Shown here piece after piece: positions 37,154-46,366 of a stretch of 63,253 nt of DNA (position 1 is the stretch's first letter; the number at the start of each line of letters is the position of its first letter). The position numbers were made by a program, and so were the translations under genes. Origin of the DNA: a virus (taxonomy: Duplodnaviria; Caudoviricetes); IMG/VR virus record IMGVR_UViG_3300044981_000245, positions 1 through 63,253 of that record; one strand, written 5' to 3'. The notes under the pieces were generated by a model, which searched no databases, was not told the DNA's origin, and worked only from the letters and a program-made list of their open reading frames with translations.

Positions 37154-37398
37154 ACGGCGTACGCACCCGTGCGCGCGTCTCCGCGCACAACGCCAATCCA
37201 GTTAAAAAGTCTGCGCCAGAGGTAGCTGCGCACCACCGACACGGCGACGAACCAAAAGGTGATCTTGAGATTACTAACCCAGTTGGGGTGCAAGCCATAC
37301 GCCGGATAGATTGCGAGCTGCCCGACAAGGACGCCGATGACGAAGCTGGCAATGTTGCCGGTGATCGTCTCGACCGCGCTCTGGCGTTTGGTTTGCAT
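37114..37398 (-). CDS. Small membrane protein
   Basis: MQTKRQS..E...N...F..VS.VRSY..RR.FN with two TM segments. Confidence 0.75.
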   Translation of the reverse strand: MQTKRQSAVETITGNIASFVIGVLVGQLAIYPAYGLHPNWVSNLKITFWFVAVSVVRSYLWRRLFNWIGVVRGDARTGAYAVCTPAAGCVTEVR

Positions 37399-37399
37399 G

Positions 37400-37480
37400 G
37401 AAAGAAGGACCTGCGGCGGGATCTTAGAGAGCCGATTGCGTGACCTTAGTCCGATCGTGCCCTACCTTCCGCAGGTCCTA
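37400..37480 (-). other. Structured intergenic element / atypical terminator
   Basis: aggacctgcgg...ccgcaggtcct 11-bp closing stem followed by a U-rich tail on the minus strand. Confidence 0.55.
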
Positions 37481-37486
37481 ACCAGT

Positions 37487-38161
37487 TCAATCCCAACCGT
37501 CATTGCTCGTCGCAGGAGCCGATTTATCCTCCGCCAAAGGCGTGAATTCGTCTTCTGCGTCGATTTCGGACTGCGTGAACGGCGGTCCGTCCTTGACGAA
37601 CTGCACACCGCGCAGGTTGACGCCGATACGCTTGGCGTAGCTGCCGTGCGTGGCGTGGCCCCAGATGGTGCTGCTAAGGAGACCGAAGCAGCCATCGTAC
37701 GGATATCCCTTCTCGCCGGGAATGGCCTTGGTGCCGTTGACTTTGGCAACCCCTGGCTTCTTCTTCTTGTTGTGCGAGGTCACGATGAACATGCCGGCGT
37801 AGCCTGAGTACTTCTCGTACTTGGGGGCGTCGCCGTCGGTGAAAGGGACTTGGATGCCGTCCTCGGCATTCTTGGGATCGTTGAGGTCAAGCGCCGGCGT
37901 ACCGGCGATGAACTTGACCCGCAGCTTGCGCAGTGCAAGCGCGACGACGCCATATGTCTGCTTCGAGATGCTGGCGGCGGTGTCAAGATAGATCTTGATG
38001 TCGGCGGCACCGCGGGCGTCGGACGGGTCGAGGATCTGGGTCGCTTCCCAGCGCGGGTCCTGGCCCTGCTGGAAAGCCTTCGGCTCCTCGAGCCGGAGGA
38101 AGCGCATCCTGCCGTAGCACTGGATGATATCGCTTGTGGGGTTTAGGATTTTGTCGGCCAT
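37487..38161 (-). CDS. ssDNA-binding protein (DUF2815 / T7 gp2.5-like)
   Basis: YDGC, GV.L.GVQFVKDG.PF, acidic tail ending in aromatic residue. Confidence 0.85.
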   Translation of the reverse strand: MADKILNPTSDIIQCYGRMRFLRLEEPKAFQQGQDPRWEATQILDPSDARGAADIKIYLDTAASISKQTYGVVALALRKLRVKFIAGTPALDLNDPKNAEDGIQVPFTDGDAPKYEKYSGYAGMFIVTSHNKKKKPGVAKVNGTKAIPGEKGYPYDGCFGLLSSTIWGHATHGSYAKRIGVNLRGVQFVKDGPPFTQSEIDAEDEFTPLAEDKSAPATSNDGWD

Positions 38162-38823
38162 GCTGAGAACTCCGTAGTAGGATCGATTTCGGAAGGTTTA
38201 CGTGGAAGCACTATCGTAGGCGCTTTAGGCAGATCGTTCTTGATCGCGATCATTTCCGCAAGAAAGGTCTGCACTCCTGCGTCCAGCTTATCAAAGTACT
38301 CGGGGTCTGGATAGACCCGAATCTTAAAATCTGCAAGCCCGGGCCAATATGAGACGAAGTCCAGCCACTTGCGTTGCGACACCCAGAGCGCACCCTGACA
38401 CTGGGCGACATGCTCGGGCGGTAGGCGGTTCTTGATGAGGACTTCGATCTGCAGGTGCGGGAGCTTTGTCTTGATCTCAAGCATCCCGTCCTCGCCGATC
38501 AGCGAGTCGGGGCTGCAGCCGACATAGCCCATCGGTAGCTGGCGACGGATGAAGCCAACTTGGCGCAGCGGCTCGGCGTAGTCGAAGCTGAGACGCTCAC
38601 GCATCTCGCCCTCCATCTCGTGGCCGCGCTCCGTGTGGGCGTTGGAGAAGGAGTCCGCGGGCAGACCCGTGAGCTGCTCGCCGATGAGCTCCAGCATGTA
38701 TTTGCGGCGGGTTTTGCCCTCGCCGCCTGCGAGCATAGAGTGGAACGCGGAGGCGGTGGGGATACCCCGGCGGCACTCGCGCCACTCGGGCGTCCCTTGA
38801 GCACAGGTGAAGATTTCAATCAT
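38143..38823 (-). CDS. Lambda-exonuclease / YqaJ family
   Basis: QGT.EW...R.G.PTAS, G.SPD.L, LEIK, AQCQG.LWV. Confidence 0.92.
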   Translation of the reverse strand: MIEIFTCAQGTPEWRECRRGIPTASAFHSMLAGGEGKTRRKYMLELIGEQLTGLPADSFSNAHTERGHEMEGEMRERLSFDYAEPLRQVGFIRRQLPMGYVGCSPDSLIGEDGMLEIKTKLPHLQIEVLIKNRLPPEHVAQCQGALWVSQRKWLDFVSYWPGLADFKIRVYPDPEYFDKLDAGVQTFLAEMIAIKNDLPKAPTIVLPRKPSEIDPTTEFSAWPTKS

Positions 38824-39307
38824 AGGACCGCCAATCAACAAAAGTGCCTGCGGGCTTGTCAAAAGGGTAGAAGCCCCACCCCGACCGTTTAGTGCCGGTC
38901 ATTACGACAGTCCAGAATCGATCTCTGTCGTAACCACCTAGGACGTAGTGCTCGAAATCACCCGAGCGAAAATGAAACCGGTGCTTGGTCACCCGGCGGA
39001 TGTACTTTAGCTCGCCGTGCTCGAACACCTTCTCCATATAATGTGCCAGCGGGAATGTCACAAACCACTGCCATGGATGGGTGTGTGATGCACGGTCGTC
39101 GTCCCCGCGCCAGAAGCGGTGCAGTCGTAGCGTGTATCCGTTGACGTACACAATCCAGCGGTCCAAATACCGCTCCTTCCCCACGTACACCGTCGAGATA
39201 TCCACGCCCCATCGGCGGTCCAAGAGGTCGAACCCCTTGAACCAGCCGACGGCACCGCCGCGCCCTCGCGGCGTGTACGTGAAGCTACTTACGCTAAAGC
39301 CGCGCAT
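38816..39307 (-). CDS. Cupin-like phage protein
   Basis: YL.RW...LHRF...DDDR..H.HPW...WGF. Confidence 0.65.
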   Translation of the reverse strand: MRGFSVSSFTYTPRGRGGAVGWFKGFDLLDRRWGVDISTVYVGKERYLDRWIVYVNGYTLRLHRFWRGDDDRASHTHPWQWFVTFPLAHYMEKVFEHGELKYIRRVTKHRFHFRSGDFEHYVLGGYDRDRFWTVVMTGTKRSGWGFYPFDKPAGTFVDWRSYD

Positions 39308-39825
39308 TCCGCGATGACTTTGCCGTAGTCGGCAACAGCAATGCTGGCAACGATCGGCGGCTTGTCTGCGCCCGCGTACTTCTGCAGTATCGCAACAGGC
39401 TTTTCCTTGCTGCCGAGGCGCGTCGACGCTTGAGTCAACGCGGTGCGCAGGTCGGAGTCGGTGTAGACCTTCTCGTCAGCTGAAGAAGATAGCGATGCCG
39501 AGGGTGTCTCCACCACCGCAGAGGCTGGAGCTTGCGGTTCCGGCGCTGGCGCGGCTTTCGCTGGGCGGCCGCGGCGCTTTGCTGGCGCTTCCGCAGTCAC
39601 AACCGGCGCAGTCGACGGCGCATCCGTGGCCGTGGCAGGGGCAGCCGCGTTCATGGGGGTCGTTACTGGTTCTGCGCATTCTGCACCATTGAGTAGGAAA
39701 TTCAGATAAATCGCCGCATCGCTGGCGATCTGCGCCGCGGTCTGCGACGTCGAGGGGCCAAAGCCGCACGCGTTCACCGCCAAACGAAGCGCCTCCAGAC
39801 GCAATTGAGAGAGTTCTGCAGCCAT
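39289..39825 (-). CDS. Hypothetical replication-module protein with Ala/Pro linker
   Basis: Typical position upstream of exonuclease and SSB; aggag RBS. Confidence 0.65.
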   Translation of the reverse strand: MAAELSQLRLEALRLAVNACGFGPSTSQTAAQIASDAAIYLNFLLNGAECAEPVTTPMNAAAPATATDAPSTAPVVTAEAPAKRRGRPAKAAPAPEPQAPASAVVETPSASLSSSADEKVYTDSDLRTALTQASTRLGSKEKPVAILQKYAGADKPPIVASIAVADYGKVIAECAALA

Positions 39826-40835
39826 TACTTTGACTCCTGAGTCATTAACCAATGAGGGTTCTCTAACGACCAGCGCGTAATCTCTTCCACCGCGGTCTTG
39901 ATCTTAATGCGGGGCTCCCACCCCATAGCAGCCATTTTGCTACCGTCGAGCGCGTAACGCAAGTCATGGCCGGGGCGATTGCCCGGCCGGGCGCCATCAA
40001 CTAGCAGATATTTTAGCTCCTGCGCGACAGGCCAAGACATGGCGTCGGTGATCCATTTAGCCAGAGTGAGATTGTCGACCTCTTCTTTGCCGACAATGTT
40101 GTACTTCTCACCGGGGACGCCTTTGCTTAGCAGGAACATGACCGCGTCCGCCACGTCCTCGGCGTCGATATAGAACCGAGTACCTGGTGTCCCGCGATCC
40201 TTGTTGGCATGAATGACGACCGTCTTGCCGTCACGGATCTTGGCGATCGTGCCGGGGATCATCTTCTCGGGGTGCTGGCGTATACCACAGACGTTCATGG
40301 TATGGGTGATAATGACGGGCACGCCGTAGGTGCGGAAATAGGAGAACGCGAGCTGCTCGCCTCCGGCCTTGGTGGCCGAGTACGGGTTGCTGCAGCTGTA
40401 ACGGTCGTCCTCTTTATACTTCACGCCCTCGGGAGCGGGGCCGAAGACCTCGTCCGTGGAAAAGTAGATGAACATCTGCGGCTTTGTCTTGCGGGCGAAC
40501 TCAAGCAGATTGCAGGTGGCAACGACATTGTCCTGCACGAACTCCATAGGCAGTGCTATGCTGCGGTCTACGTGGGTCGCCGCGGCAAGGTGCACGATGC
40601 AGTTGTGATATCCGAGCTGCTCAATCAGAAGATCGTTCATCGGCGCGCGCAGGTCATGGTAGAAGAACTTGACGCGCGGATTCTTTACAGCACCGACCTC
40701 GGCCAAGCGATTCAGATTGCCTGAACCGTCGAGGCGGTCGATCAGCGTCATCTGCGCGTACGGATAGAGCTCCAGGATATAGTCGACGAGGTGGTGGCCG
40801 ATGAAGCCGGCGCCGCCCGTGATGAGGATTCTCAC
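39825..40835 (-). CDS. NDP-glucose 4,6-dehydratase (RmlB-like extended SDR)
   Basis: ITGGAGFIG, HLAA.THVDRSI, STDEVFG, NPYSATKA, QHPEK.IP, RPGHDLRYA. Confidence 0.93.
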   Translation of the reverse strand: MRILITGGAGFIGHHLVDYILELYPYAQMTLIDRLDGSGNLNRLAEVGAVKNPRVKFFYHDLRAPMNDLLIEQLGYHNCIVHLAAATHVDRSIALPMEFVQDNVVATCNLLEFARKTKPQMFIYFSTDEVFGPAPEGVKYKEDDRYSCSNPYSATKAGGEQLAFSYFRTYGVPVIITHTMNVCGIRQHPEKMIPGTIAKIRDGKTVVIHANKDRGTPGTRFYIDAEDVADAVMFLLSKGVPGEKYNIVGKEEVDNLTLAKWITDAMSWPVAQELKYLLVDGARPGNRPGHDLRYALDGSKMAAMGWEPRIKIKTAVEEITRWSLENPHWLMTQESK

Positions 40836-41134
40836 TTCGAACGCTCCGCTTCGATCTCAAGTTGCAGAATCGCCAGGGCGCGCCACGCGACTTTGGCGCT
40901 GTGGCGGCCGCCATCGGTATCGAGCGTACCGCGCTCTACCAGATGACGAAGCAGACAATCGGCGTGGTCCATGGACTTACCGCGGGACCAATGCAAAGGC
41001 TGCCCTGGATTGTGGGTTTCGTTACCGATCCGCGATACTTCCGCTACCGCGGTGAGTGCGTCGGGAAAATAATCGAGGACGCCGGTGCAAACAGGAAGAG
41101 TCTTGCGAACTTTGGCATCGGTCGGCAGGCTCAT
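40832..41134 (-). CDS. dATP/dGTP diphosphohydrolase-like protein (DUF5664)
   Basis: YFPDAL..VA.VS..GN..H...W....S.DH...L.RH...H...AWRALA.LQ. Confidence 0.8.
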   Translation of the reverse strand: MSLPTDAKVRKTLPVCTGVLDYFPDALTAVAEVSRIGNETHNPGQPLHWSRGKSMDHADCLLRHLVERGTLDTDGGRHSAKVAWRALAILQLEIEAERSK

Positions 41135-41415
41135 TGCTTGCCTCCCACCGTGACGCTGTCGCCGAGCTTGTACTCGCAGCGGGTAGTCGACTCGCGCGTG
41201 AGTGCGTCCGCTAGCGATATCGCCATCATGTTGGCAACTTCGATGTTGGTGTACAGCTTGTTCTTAATGAGCGCAGCCCCCAGCGAGCTTGTGATCTCAA
41301 GATAAGACGCGAAGCAATAGCGCCCGTCGTAGAAAGCCACGACCTTATCACGGTCCGCGACGATGGCGGCGAAGCACTCGTCCAGTTGATCTTTGACTTC
41401 TTTAGATAGGGACAA
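41131..41415 (-). CDS. Hypothetical protein
   Basis: aaggag RBS; ATGA coupling. Confidence 0.6.
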   Translation of the reverse strand: MSLSKEVKDQLDECFAAIVADRDKVVAFYDGRYCFASYLEITSSLGAALIKNKLYTNIEVANMMAISLADALTRESTTRCEYKLGDSVTVGGKQ

Positions 41416-42196
41416 GCTGCTTTCTCCTTAAGGCGAGCGGGACGAGCATTTCCTTGCCGCGGGACCACCCGCCGCAATTCTGGCATTGGAAGCGCGGGTA
41501 CTTGCCCTGCTGCAGGACTCGGTATCCTTGGTGCTGCAGCTTGTCGCTGCCGCACTTAGGACACACCGACTGCTCCGAGGGCTCGTATGCGCCGATGTTT
41601 GGGTGATTTTCAATCCACGGTCGCAGTTTCAGGTAGACCTCCTCGGTCGCCTGTACGTCGCGCCGATTGTATTTCTTCATTTCCTTCCACGCGCCGGGGT
41701 CATCCGCGAGGCAGGCTTTCCACAGATCAAACCCTGGGTACTTCTTGTGCTCGTCCTTGGGTACGTTAGTCAGGTGCGCCGAGGTCCACGCGAGCTTCTG
41801 AGAGGTAAATGCGAAGTATTTCTTGGCAACAATGAGCGTGTCTACGACACGGAAAGGACGCGGCGGCGGGTAGCCGTGCTCGATAAGGCGCGCATTAATC
41901 TTCCGTACATCAAATTTTTTGCCATTCTGCGCCACGACAATGTCTGCATCGTCGAGTAGCTCGCGGATCTCGCCGGCGAGCGCCTTGTCATCGCGCACCT
42001 TCGTGGCGCCTCGGCCGCCGGTGTCGCCGTAGTATATTTTCTTTTCCCCAAGCCATTTTGCAGCATAAGAAAGTATGGACCACTCGGTTTTGATGAAGTC
42101 AACGCCGACGTTCTGATCCCACAAACCCCAAACATACGCCTCGATGGGCGCGGTCTCGATGTCGATCGTAAGGATGCCGACGCTGGATTTACTCAT
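41402..42196 (-). CDS. RNase H-like 3'-5' exonuclease with C-terminal Zn ribbon
   Basis: IDIET, QNG.KFD, YN..DV (DEDD); CPKC...CQNC. Confidence 0.88.
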   Translation of the reverse strand: MSKSSVGILTIDIETAPIEAYVWGLWDQNVGVDFIKTEWSILSYAAKWLGEKKIYYGDTGGRGATKVRDDKALAGEIRELLDDADIVVAQNGKKFDVRKINARLIEHGYPPPRPFRVVDTLIVAKKYFAFTSQKLAWTSAHLTNVPKDEHKKYPGFDLWKACLADDPGAWKEMKKYNRRDVQATEEVYLKLRPWIENHPNIGAYEPSEQSVCPKCGSDKLQHQGYRVLQQGKYPRFQCQNCGGWSRGKEMLVPLALRRKQLVPI

Positions 42197-42383
42197 CGTC
42201 CTTCCCGAACACGCCCGTGTCCTCGGGGACTTCCTGCGGTGTGATTGCCATCACGAGAAGCTTCGCGGGGTTGTGGCCGCCGAGCACGATATCCACAGCC
42301 TTGAGGGCCGCCTCGCGATTCGGAGCGTACGCGTAATAGGGTATTTCATGCCCCACACTGCTGATTCGCCAATATCTGGACAT
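42189..42383 (-). CDS. Hypothetical protein
   Basis: aaggag RBS. Confidence 0.6.
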   Translation of the reverse strand: MSRYWRISSVGHEIPYYAYAPNREAALKAVDIVLGGHNPAKLLVMAITPQEVPEDTGVFGKDDE

Positions 42384-42400
42384 CGTGACTCCTTGAGCCT

Positions 42401-42433
42401 ATATTTGCACGTCAATCTGCCCCCGTCAATACA
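42401..42433. promoter_or_regulatory. Overlapping divergent promoters
   Basis: Minus: TTGACG-17-AAATAT; plus: TTGCAC-17-AATACA; two ATTGACG direct repeats on minus. Confidence 0.5.
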
Positions 42434-42443
42434 GGAGCTCAAC

Positions 42444-42734
42444 ATGTTGGTAGGACAATTCTTCGCCTTCTTCCGCCCCGACGCCAACGGCGTCATGCAG
42501 ATCCGCACCGGCAAGGTCGTGCAGCAGATCGGCGATCGGCATCGCCTCGAGTTCGACGGCAAGATCAATTTCTCGAACGTGTTCAGCCCGCAGCAGCTGG
42601 AGAGTTTTGCCTTCTTCAAAAAGCACGCGGACATGCAGGCGTTCCTCGATGATCTCACGGCGCCTAAGGAGGCGAATATCCCCACGGCATCGCCGCCAAT
42701 GGTTGAGTCTGCGAAAGACACTCTGAACTCGTAA
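42444..42734 (+). CDS. Orphan plus-strand hypothetical protein (96 aa)
   Basis: aggag RBS 6 nt upstream; genome-typical codon usage; fills an otherwise empty gap. Confidence 0.65.
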   Translation: MLVGQFFAFFRPDANGVMQIRTGKVVQQIGDRHRLEFDGKINFSNVFSPQQLESFAFFKKHADMQAFLDDLTAPKEANIPTASPPMVESAKDTLNS

Positions 42735-42873
42735 GCTTGTCGAGCAGGCATTCGAGATGGTAGCCCGTGCTGTTCCACTCTATCAGGTGCTCCTTGGAGT
42801 GGAATAGCCGCTTCTGGCAGTGACCGCATTTGGCGTCTCGGGGGATCTCAAGAATCCACTTCCAGGCGCTCAA
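42664..42873 (-). CDS. Small Zn-finger-like protein
   Basis: CGHC...HLEC; overlaps primase stop. Confidence 0.5.
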   Translation of the reverse strand: MSAWKWILEIPRDAKCGHCQKRLFHSKEHLIEWNSTGYHLECLLDKLTSSECLSQTQPLAAMPWGYSPP

Positions 42874-45350
42874 AGGTCGTCCTTTTTCAGCTCGATCCCT
42901 TTATACTGCCGCAACTCGGTCCGATAGACCGCCCACGGGGCCGCCCGCTTCATGTCGTCCATGAACCGGTTGCGCCCCAAGGGGCGATATCCCATGTCTT
43001 TCATCCACCCCGCATAGGCCACGTAGAGGCTCCCAGTGCTGTTTGAGGCCGCCACCGTGGCGTCGGCACGCCGGGCTGTCCTCTCGGCTATAAACTGCCC
43101 TGTGTGGTCTTGCTTGGCCCTGAAGGCCTCGGTGTCCTCTAGGACGCTATCGGGGGGCATGAGGCCGCAGGCGTACCATGTCCGGGCCCCTGCAACGAGC
43201 CAGGAGAGGATGCCCTCGGACTCGGCCGCAAGCTTGGCCGAGAGCTCGTCGTCCTGTATCTCCTGGGCGAGGCCCTTGGCGATCTCGTAGTCGCGCCCGT
43301 ACTTGACCCGGAAGCGCAGCATGAAGATGCGGCGCCAAAGACCCCGATCGACTCCGGTGATCCGCGGCTCGTTATTGGTGAAGATCTGCAGCTTGTGCGT
43401 GGGGTCGAACTGGAAGTAGTCCTTGAAGAGATTGCGGGCGGTCAGCCGGTCTCCCCCGGTGAGGTTTTTGAGCACTCCCTCGTTGAACTCCTCGTCTCGG
43501 TTGGTTTCATTGAGAGTGACCATCCGCTTGCCGAGGAGACTAGCAGTCTCAGGAGAAGCTCCCGTTCCTCCAGGAGCAAGTAAAGTTCGCGGGCCGTTGA
43601 ATGCGTAGTCGGGACCCAATACGTGCTGCAGGACTTCAATCAGCTTCCCTTTGCCATTGCCGCCCTCGCCGATGTGAAAGACGATCGCATGCTCACGCGT
43701 CTCGCCCGTGATGCAGTACCCGAACCAGCGCTGCGCGAAGGCAATGACCTTCTCGTCGCCCTTGAATATCTCGCGCAGAAACCGCTCGAACCTGGGCGCC
43801 TGTGCGCCATTGACGTAGTCGACCGGCGCGCACGCCGTGATGAAGTCGGCCTGCGAATGCGGTCGCATCTCCCCGGTGCGTAGGTCAACGGTGCCGTTTC
43901 GGCAGTTGAGCAGTGCGCGATCGCGGTTGAGCGCGTCAGCCTCAAAGCGCAAGAGCTTCTGCAGAAGCTTCTCGCAGGCCGCCATCGTGCCGGCCGAACC
44001 GCACTGCCCTGCCCACTTGAAGAGCCGCGCCGCCTCGGCGCTGTCGTTATCGGCCGCATACAACCGCGCCGCCTCTTGATGCACTGTCGCCGACAGGGTG
44101 GCGATGTGCCGTGCTACGACCGAGTCGTTTTGCGCCCAGTGCGTGCCCGTCCAGACGTAGAACGCTTTGGCGATCGAGATGATTTCTTTGCCGTATTGCT
44201 GTTGGATGCGTCTTGCGTTTTCCTGGTCGCTGTCGCGAGTGCTGCTTTGCGGGATCGTAGCAGGGAGCGCAGGATTGGGCTTGTCGGGGGCACCAACCGA
44301 TTCTGCATTTGATTCAGGCTTTCCCATGCTTTCGTACTTATCGGTGAGGTCTCTGAAAGCCAAGGAAGAGAAATCGGCGGCGGCGATTTCGGGCTGCTCT
44401 GCCGCGAATTTTGCCATTCTTCGAGAAGAATCTCGATCAGCGATTGGTATATCCGGTCCGTCGAACTCGTCGAACTTCCCGAAAAGGTGCAGTCGAACGA
44501 GGTCGTAGGCGTTGTGCTGGCCTCGGGCCGGATCTGTATCGTGATAACTGTGGAGCTTAGTGTCGTCGTCGTAACTAACCGCTCCGTCTGCTCGTGAGCC
44601 TGCGGTGTAGGTCCAGCGCCCCTCGCTAGATCCGCTAGTGTATGGAAGGCCAAACCGGTCGATTGCTGCGCTAATGGAGAATGCCCGATTGAATTCTCCG
44701 ATGATGCCTGGTTTATCCAGCGCAGACCCGGAGTCGCCGGGTTCATGGCAGGAGTCGCCGTCTTTTCGGTGGGGCCAGGTGCTACGATCTTTCCAATCTT
44801 GGTACTCATTAAGAACTCCATCAACGTCGAGATAGGGGGCTGTGGCGTCTTGCCACGACTCGAACGCAATCTGCGCTCGACTCGCCGGTCTATACATGAA
44901 TTGCGCAGGCGTGTGGCTTTCACGAGCGGCGAGTTCGATGTCCGCTCGAGCAGCCACTGCCCGAGAGACCGCTTGGAACTCTTCAAAACTTGCTGGGCGA
45001 GAAAGCGGAATCCACAGCCGGAGACGCGGGTGATCTGGAGTGTGCGACCACGTAGTGTAAGCAAGGTAGGCGGAACCTCGCGCCAACTTGAGAACACGTT
45101 CCACGTCTTCGGGCTTGATGTGATCATAGTCGAGGCTCAGTAAGTTGCGCTCTTTGAAATTCGAGCTGTGGCGATATTCAGGTTCAAATGCAGCGCCGCA
45201 GACCCAGCCGGGGGTGGCTTTGTCGTCCGCGTCCTTGACGTTCTTGAGCAGGCGCTCGACCAGCTGCGCGAACGTGCCACGCCAAGTGCGATCGATGACG
45301 GCGAAGTCTTCTTTCTTGCCGAGGCTGACTGCTAGTTCGCGTTGTGTCAT
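42870..45350 (-). CDS. Primase-helicase (AEP/primpol N-terminus, D5/P4 SF3 helicase)
   Basis: LDYD and TTWSH primase motifs; GEGGNGKG Walker A; K.LTGGD...AR; WRR. Confidence 0.93.
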   Translation of the reverse strand: MTQRELAVSLGKKEDFAVIDRTWRGTFAQLVERLLKNVKDADDKATPGWVCGAAFEPEYRHSSNFKERNLLSLDYDHIKPEDVERVLKLARGSAYLAYTTWSHTPDHPRLRLWIPLSRPASFEEFQAVSRAVAARADIELAARESHTPAQFMYRPASRAQIAFESWQDATAPYLDVDGVLNEYQDWKDRSTWPHRKDGDSCHEPGDSGSALDKPGIIGEFNRAFSISAAIDRFGLPYTSGSSEGRWTYTAGSRADGAVSYDDDTKLHSYHDTDPARGQHNAYDLVRLHLFGKFDEFDGPDIPIADRDSSRRMAKFAAEQPEIAAADFSSLAFRDLTDKYESMGKPESNAESVGAPDKPNPALPATIPQSSTRDSDQENARRIQQQYGKEIISIAKAFYVWTGTHWAQNDSVVARHIATLSATVHQEAARLYAADNDSAEAARLFKWAGQCGSAGTMAACEKLLQKLLRFEADALNRDRALLNCRNGTVDLRTGEMRPHSQADFITACAPVDYVNGAQAPRFERFLREIFKGDEKVIAFAQRWFGYCITGETREHAIVFHIGEGGNGKGKLIEVLQHVLGPDYAFNGPRTLLAPGGTGASPETASLLGKRMVTLNETNRDEEFNEGVLKNLTGGDRLTARNLFKDYFQFDPTHKLQIFTNNEPRITGVDRGLWRRIFMLRFRVKYGRDYEIAKGLAQEIQDDELSAKLAAESEGILSWLVAGARTWYACGLMPPDSVLEDTEAFRAKQDHTGQFIAERTARRADATVAASNSTGSLYVAYAGWMKDMGYRPLGRNRFMDDMKRAAPWAVYRTELRQYKGIELKKDDL

Positions 45351-45607
45351 TTTGAGTAACAGATCAGAAAAAGGTCAACCAATGCGATTCCGACTGCCGT
45401 GACTTTAATAGCCATCAGCAGCATGCGGCCAGCCTCTTCCAGCGGATGCTCTTCGTCATCCGGTGGCAGGGGAGGAAGCGCGTAGCTCATTTCTTGTGAA
45501 CCTTCGCGCCGCCGCGCCACTCCTGTTTGGTATCGGTTTGCGCCTTAAAAGGCACTTTAGCCGGCTTAACGCTCGATTTAAGGCGCGTCGGGTGATATTG
45601 CGGATGG

Positions 45608-45919
45608 TCAATCTTGGCTAGCATATTGCCTCATCGAATCGACGACCTGCGCTTGATATGCCTTCTCTTTGACTTCCTCGGGCATCAGCATGCTGATCGG
45701 CTTATTCAGGTAGATCTTCTTGGCCTCGCGATACGCGCGCCGCTCACACGACGTCAGGATCGCAGGCCGGGGCATCGGTGCGCCCTCTTGCCACACACCG
45801 GCCTCGTCCCGGTAACCGGCGCGACGCCGTAGGGGGCCGCCGGGTGTATAGCGCGTCTCGGGGTCAAGCCCTAGGCTTCGGGCGATCCGCCGGAGCTTCT
45901 TTGCGGCCCTGCCGTTCAC
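45608..45919 (-). CDS. Basic hypothetical protein
   Basis: MNGRAAKKLR start; GTGA overlap. Confidence 0.6.
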   Translation of the reverse strand: MNGRAAKKLRRIARSLGLDPETRYTPGGPLRRRAGYRDEAGVWQEGAPMPRPAILTSCERRAYREAKKIYLNKPISMLMPEEVKEKAYQAQVVDSMRQYASQD

Positions 45920-46128
45920 TCTTTTCCTGCCTGAGCTTGTCGCGAACCATTTTGCGTTCTTCCTTGAACCGACGCTCTTCGTCGTCGTCCACCCAATCTC
46001 TTGTGTTCTTGTCGCGCTTGTCTTTCATCCAGCACCTTCAAGTCAATTGCAGCATCCCACACCGCATGCCAGTCCTGACGATCGGTCATCATGCGCAGAT
46101 ACGCAAGCATGATCTTCCGCTCATCCAC
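45916..46128 (-). CDS. Hypothetical protein
   Basis: Overlapping chain of small ORFs. Confidence 0.55.
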   Translation of the reverse strand: MDERKIMLAYLRMMTDRQDWHAVWDAAIDLKVLDERQARQEHKRLGGRRRRASVQGRTQNGSRQAQAGKE

Positions 46129-46366
46129 CTAAAACCCCCAGCGCCGCCTTGCAGCGCGTTATGTCGGCAGCAATGGCCGACTCGCAATGCCCTGTCTGTA
46201 GCCAGTTGAGCGCTCCGCCGAGAATCTTCGCCCAGCGCGCGGGCGCGGGCTTGCGCAGCTCAAGGCCGCACATGCTGCTGATGGTGATATCGTAGTCGCG
46301 CCAGATCCACGAGCACGCGAGGATATCGACGCTACGCGCCAGCACCAAGAAATACGTGTTGTTCAC
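46121..46366 (-). CDS. Hypothetical protein
   Basis: TISS..G...GHC..AI pattern; overlapped chain. Confidence 0.6.
   Translation of the reverse strand: MNNTYFLVLARSVDILACSWIWRDYDITISSMCGLELRKPAPARWAKILGGALNWLQTGHCESAIAADITRCKAALGVLGG

Noticed and set aside
37400-37480. tRNA gene
   Set aside because: About tRNA length but lacks T-loop GTTC, D-loop and cloverleaf geometry
34386-41134. Z-genome or other base-substitution system
   Set aside because: No PurZ, thymidylate-synthase-like hydroxymethylase or 7-deazaguanine genes recognised
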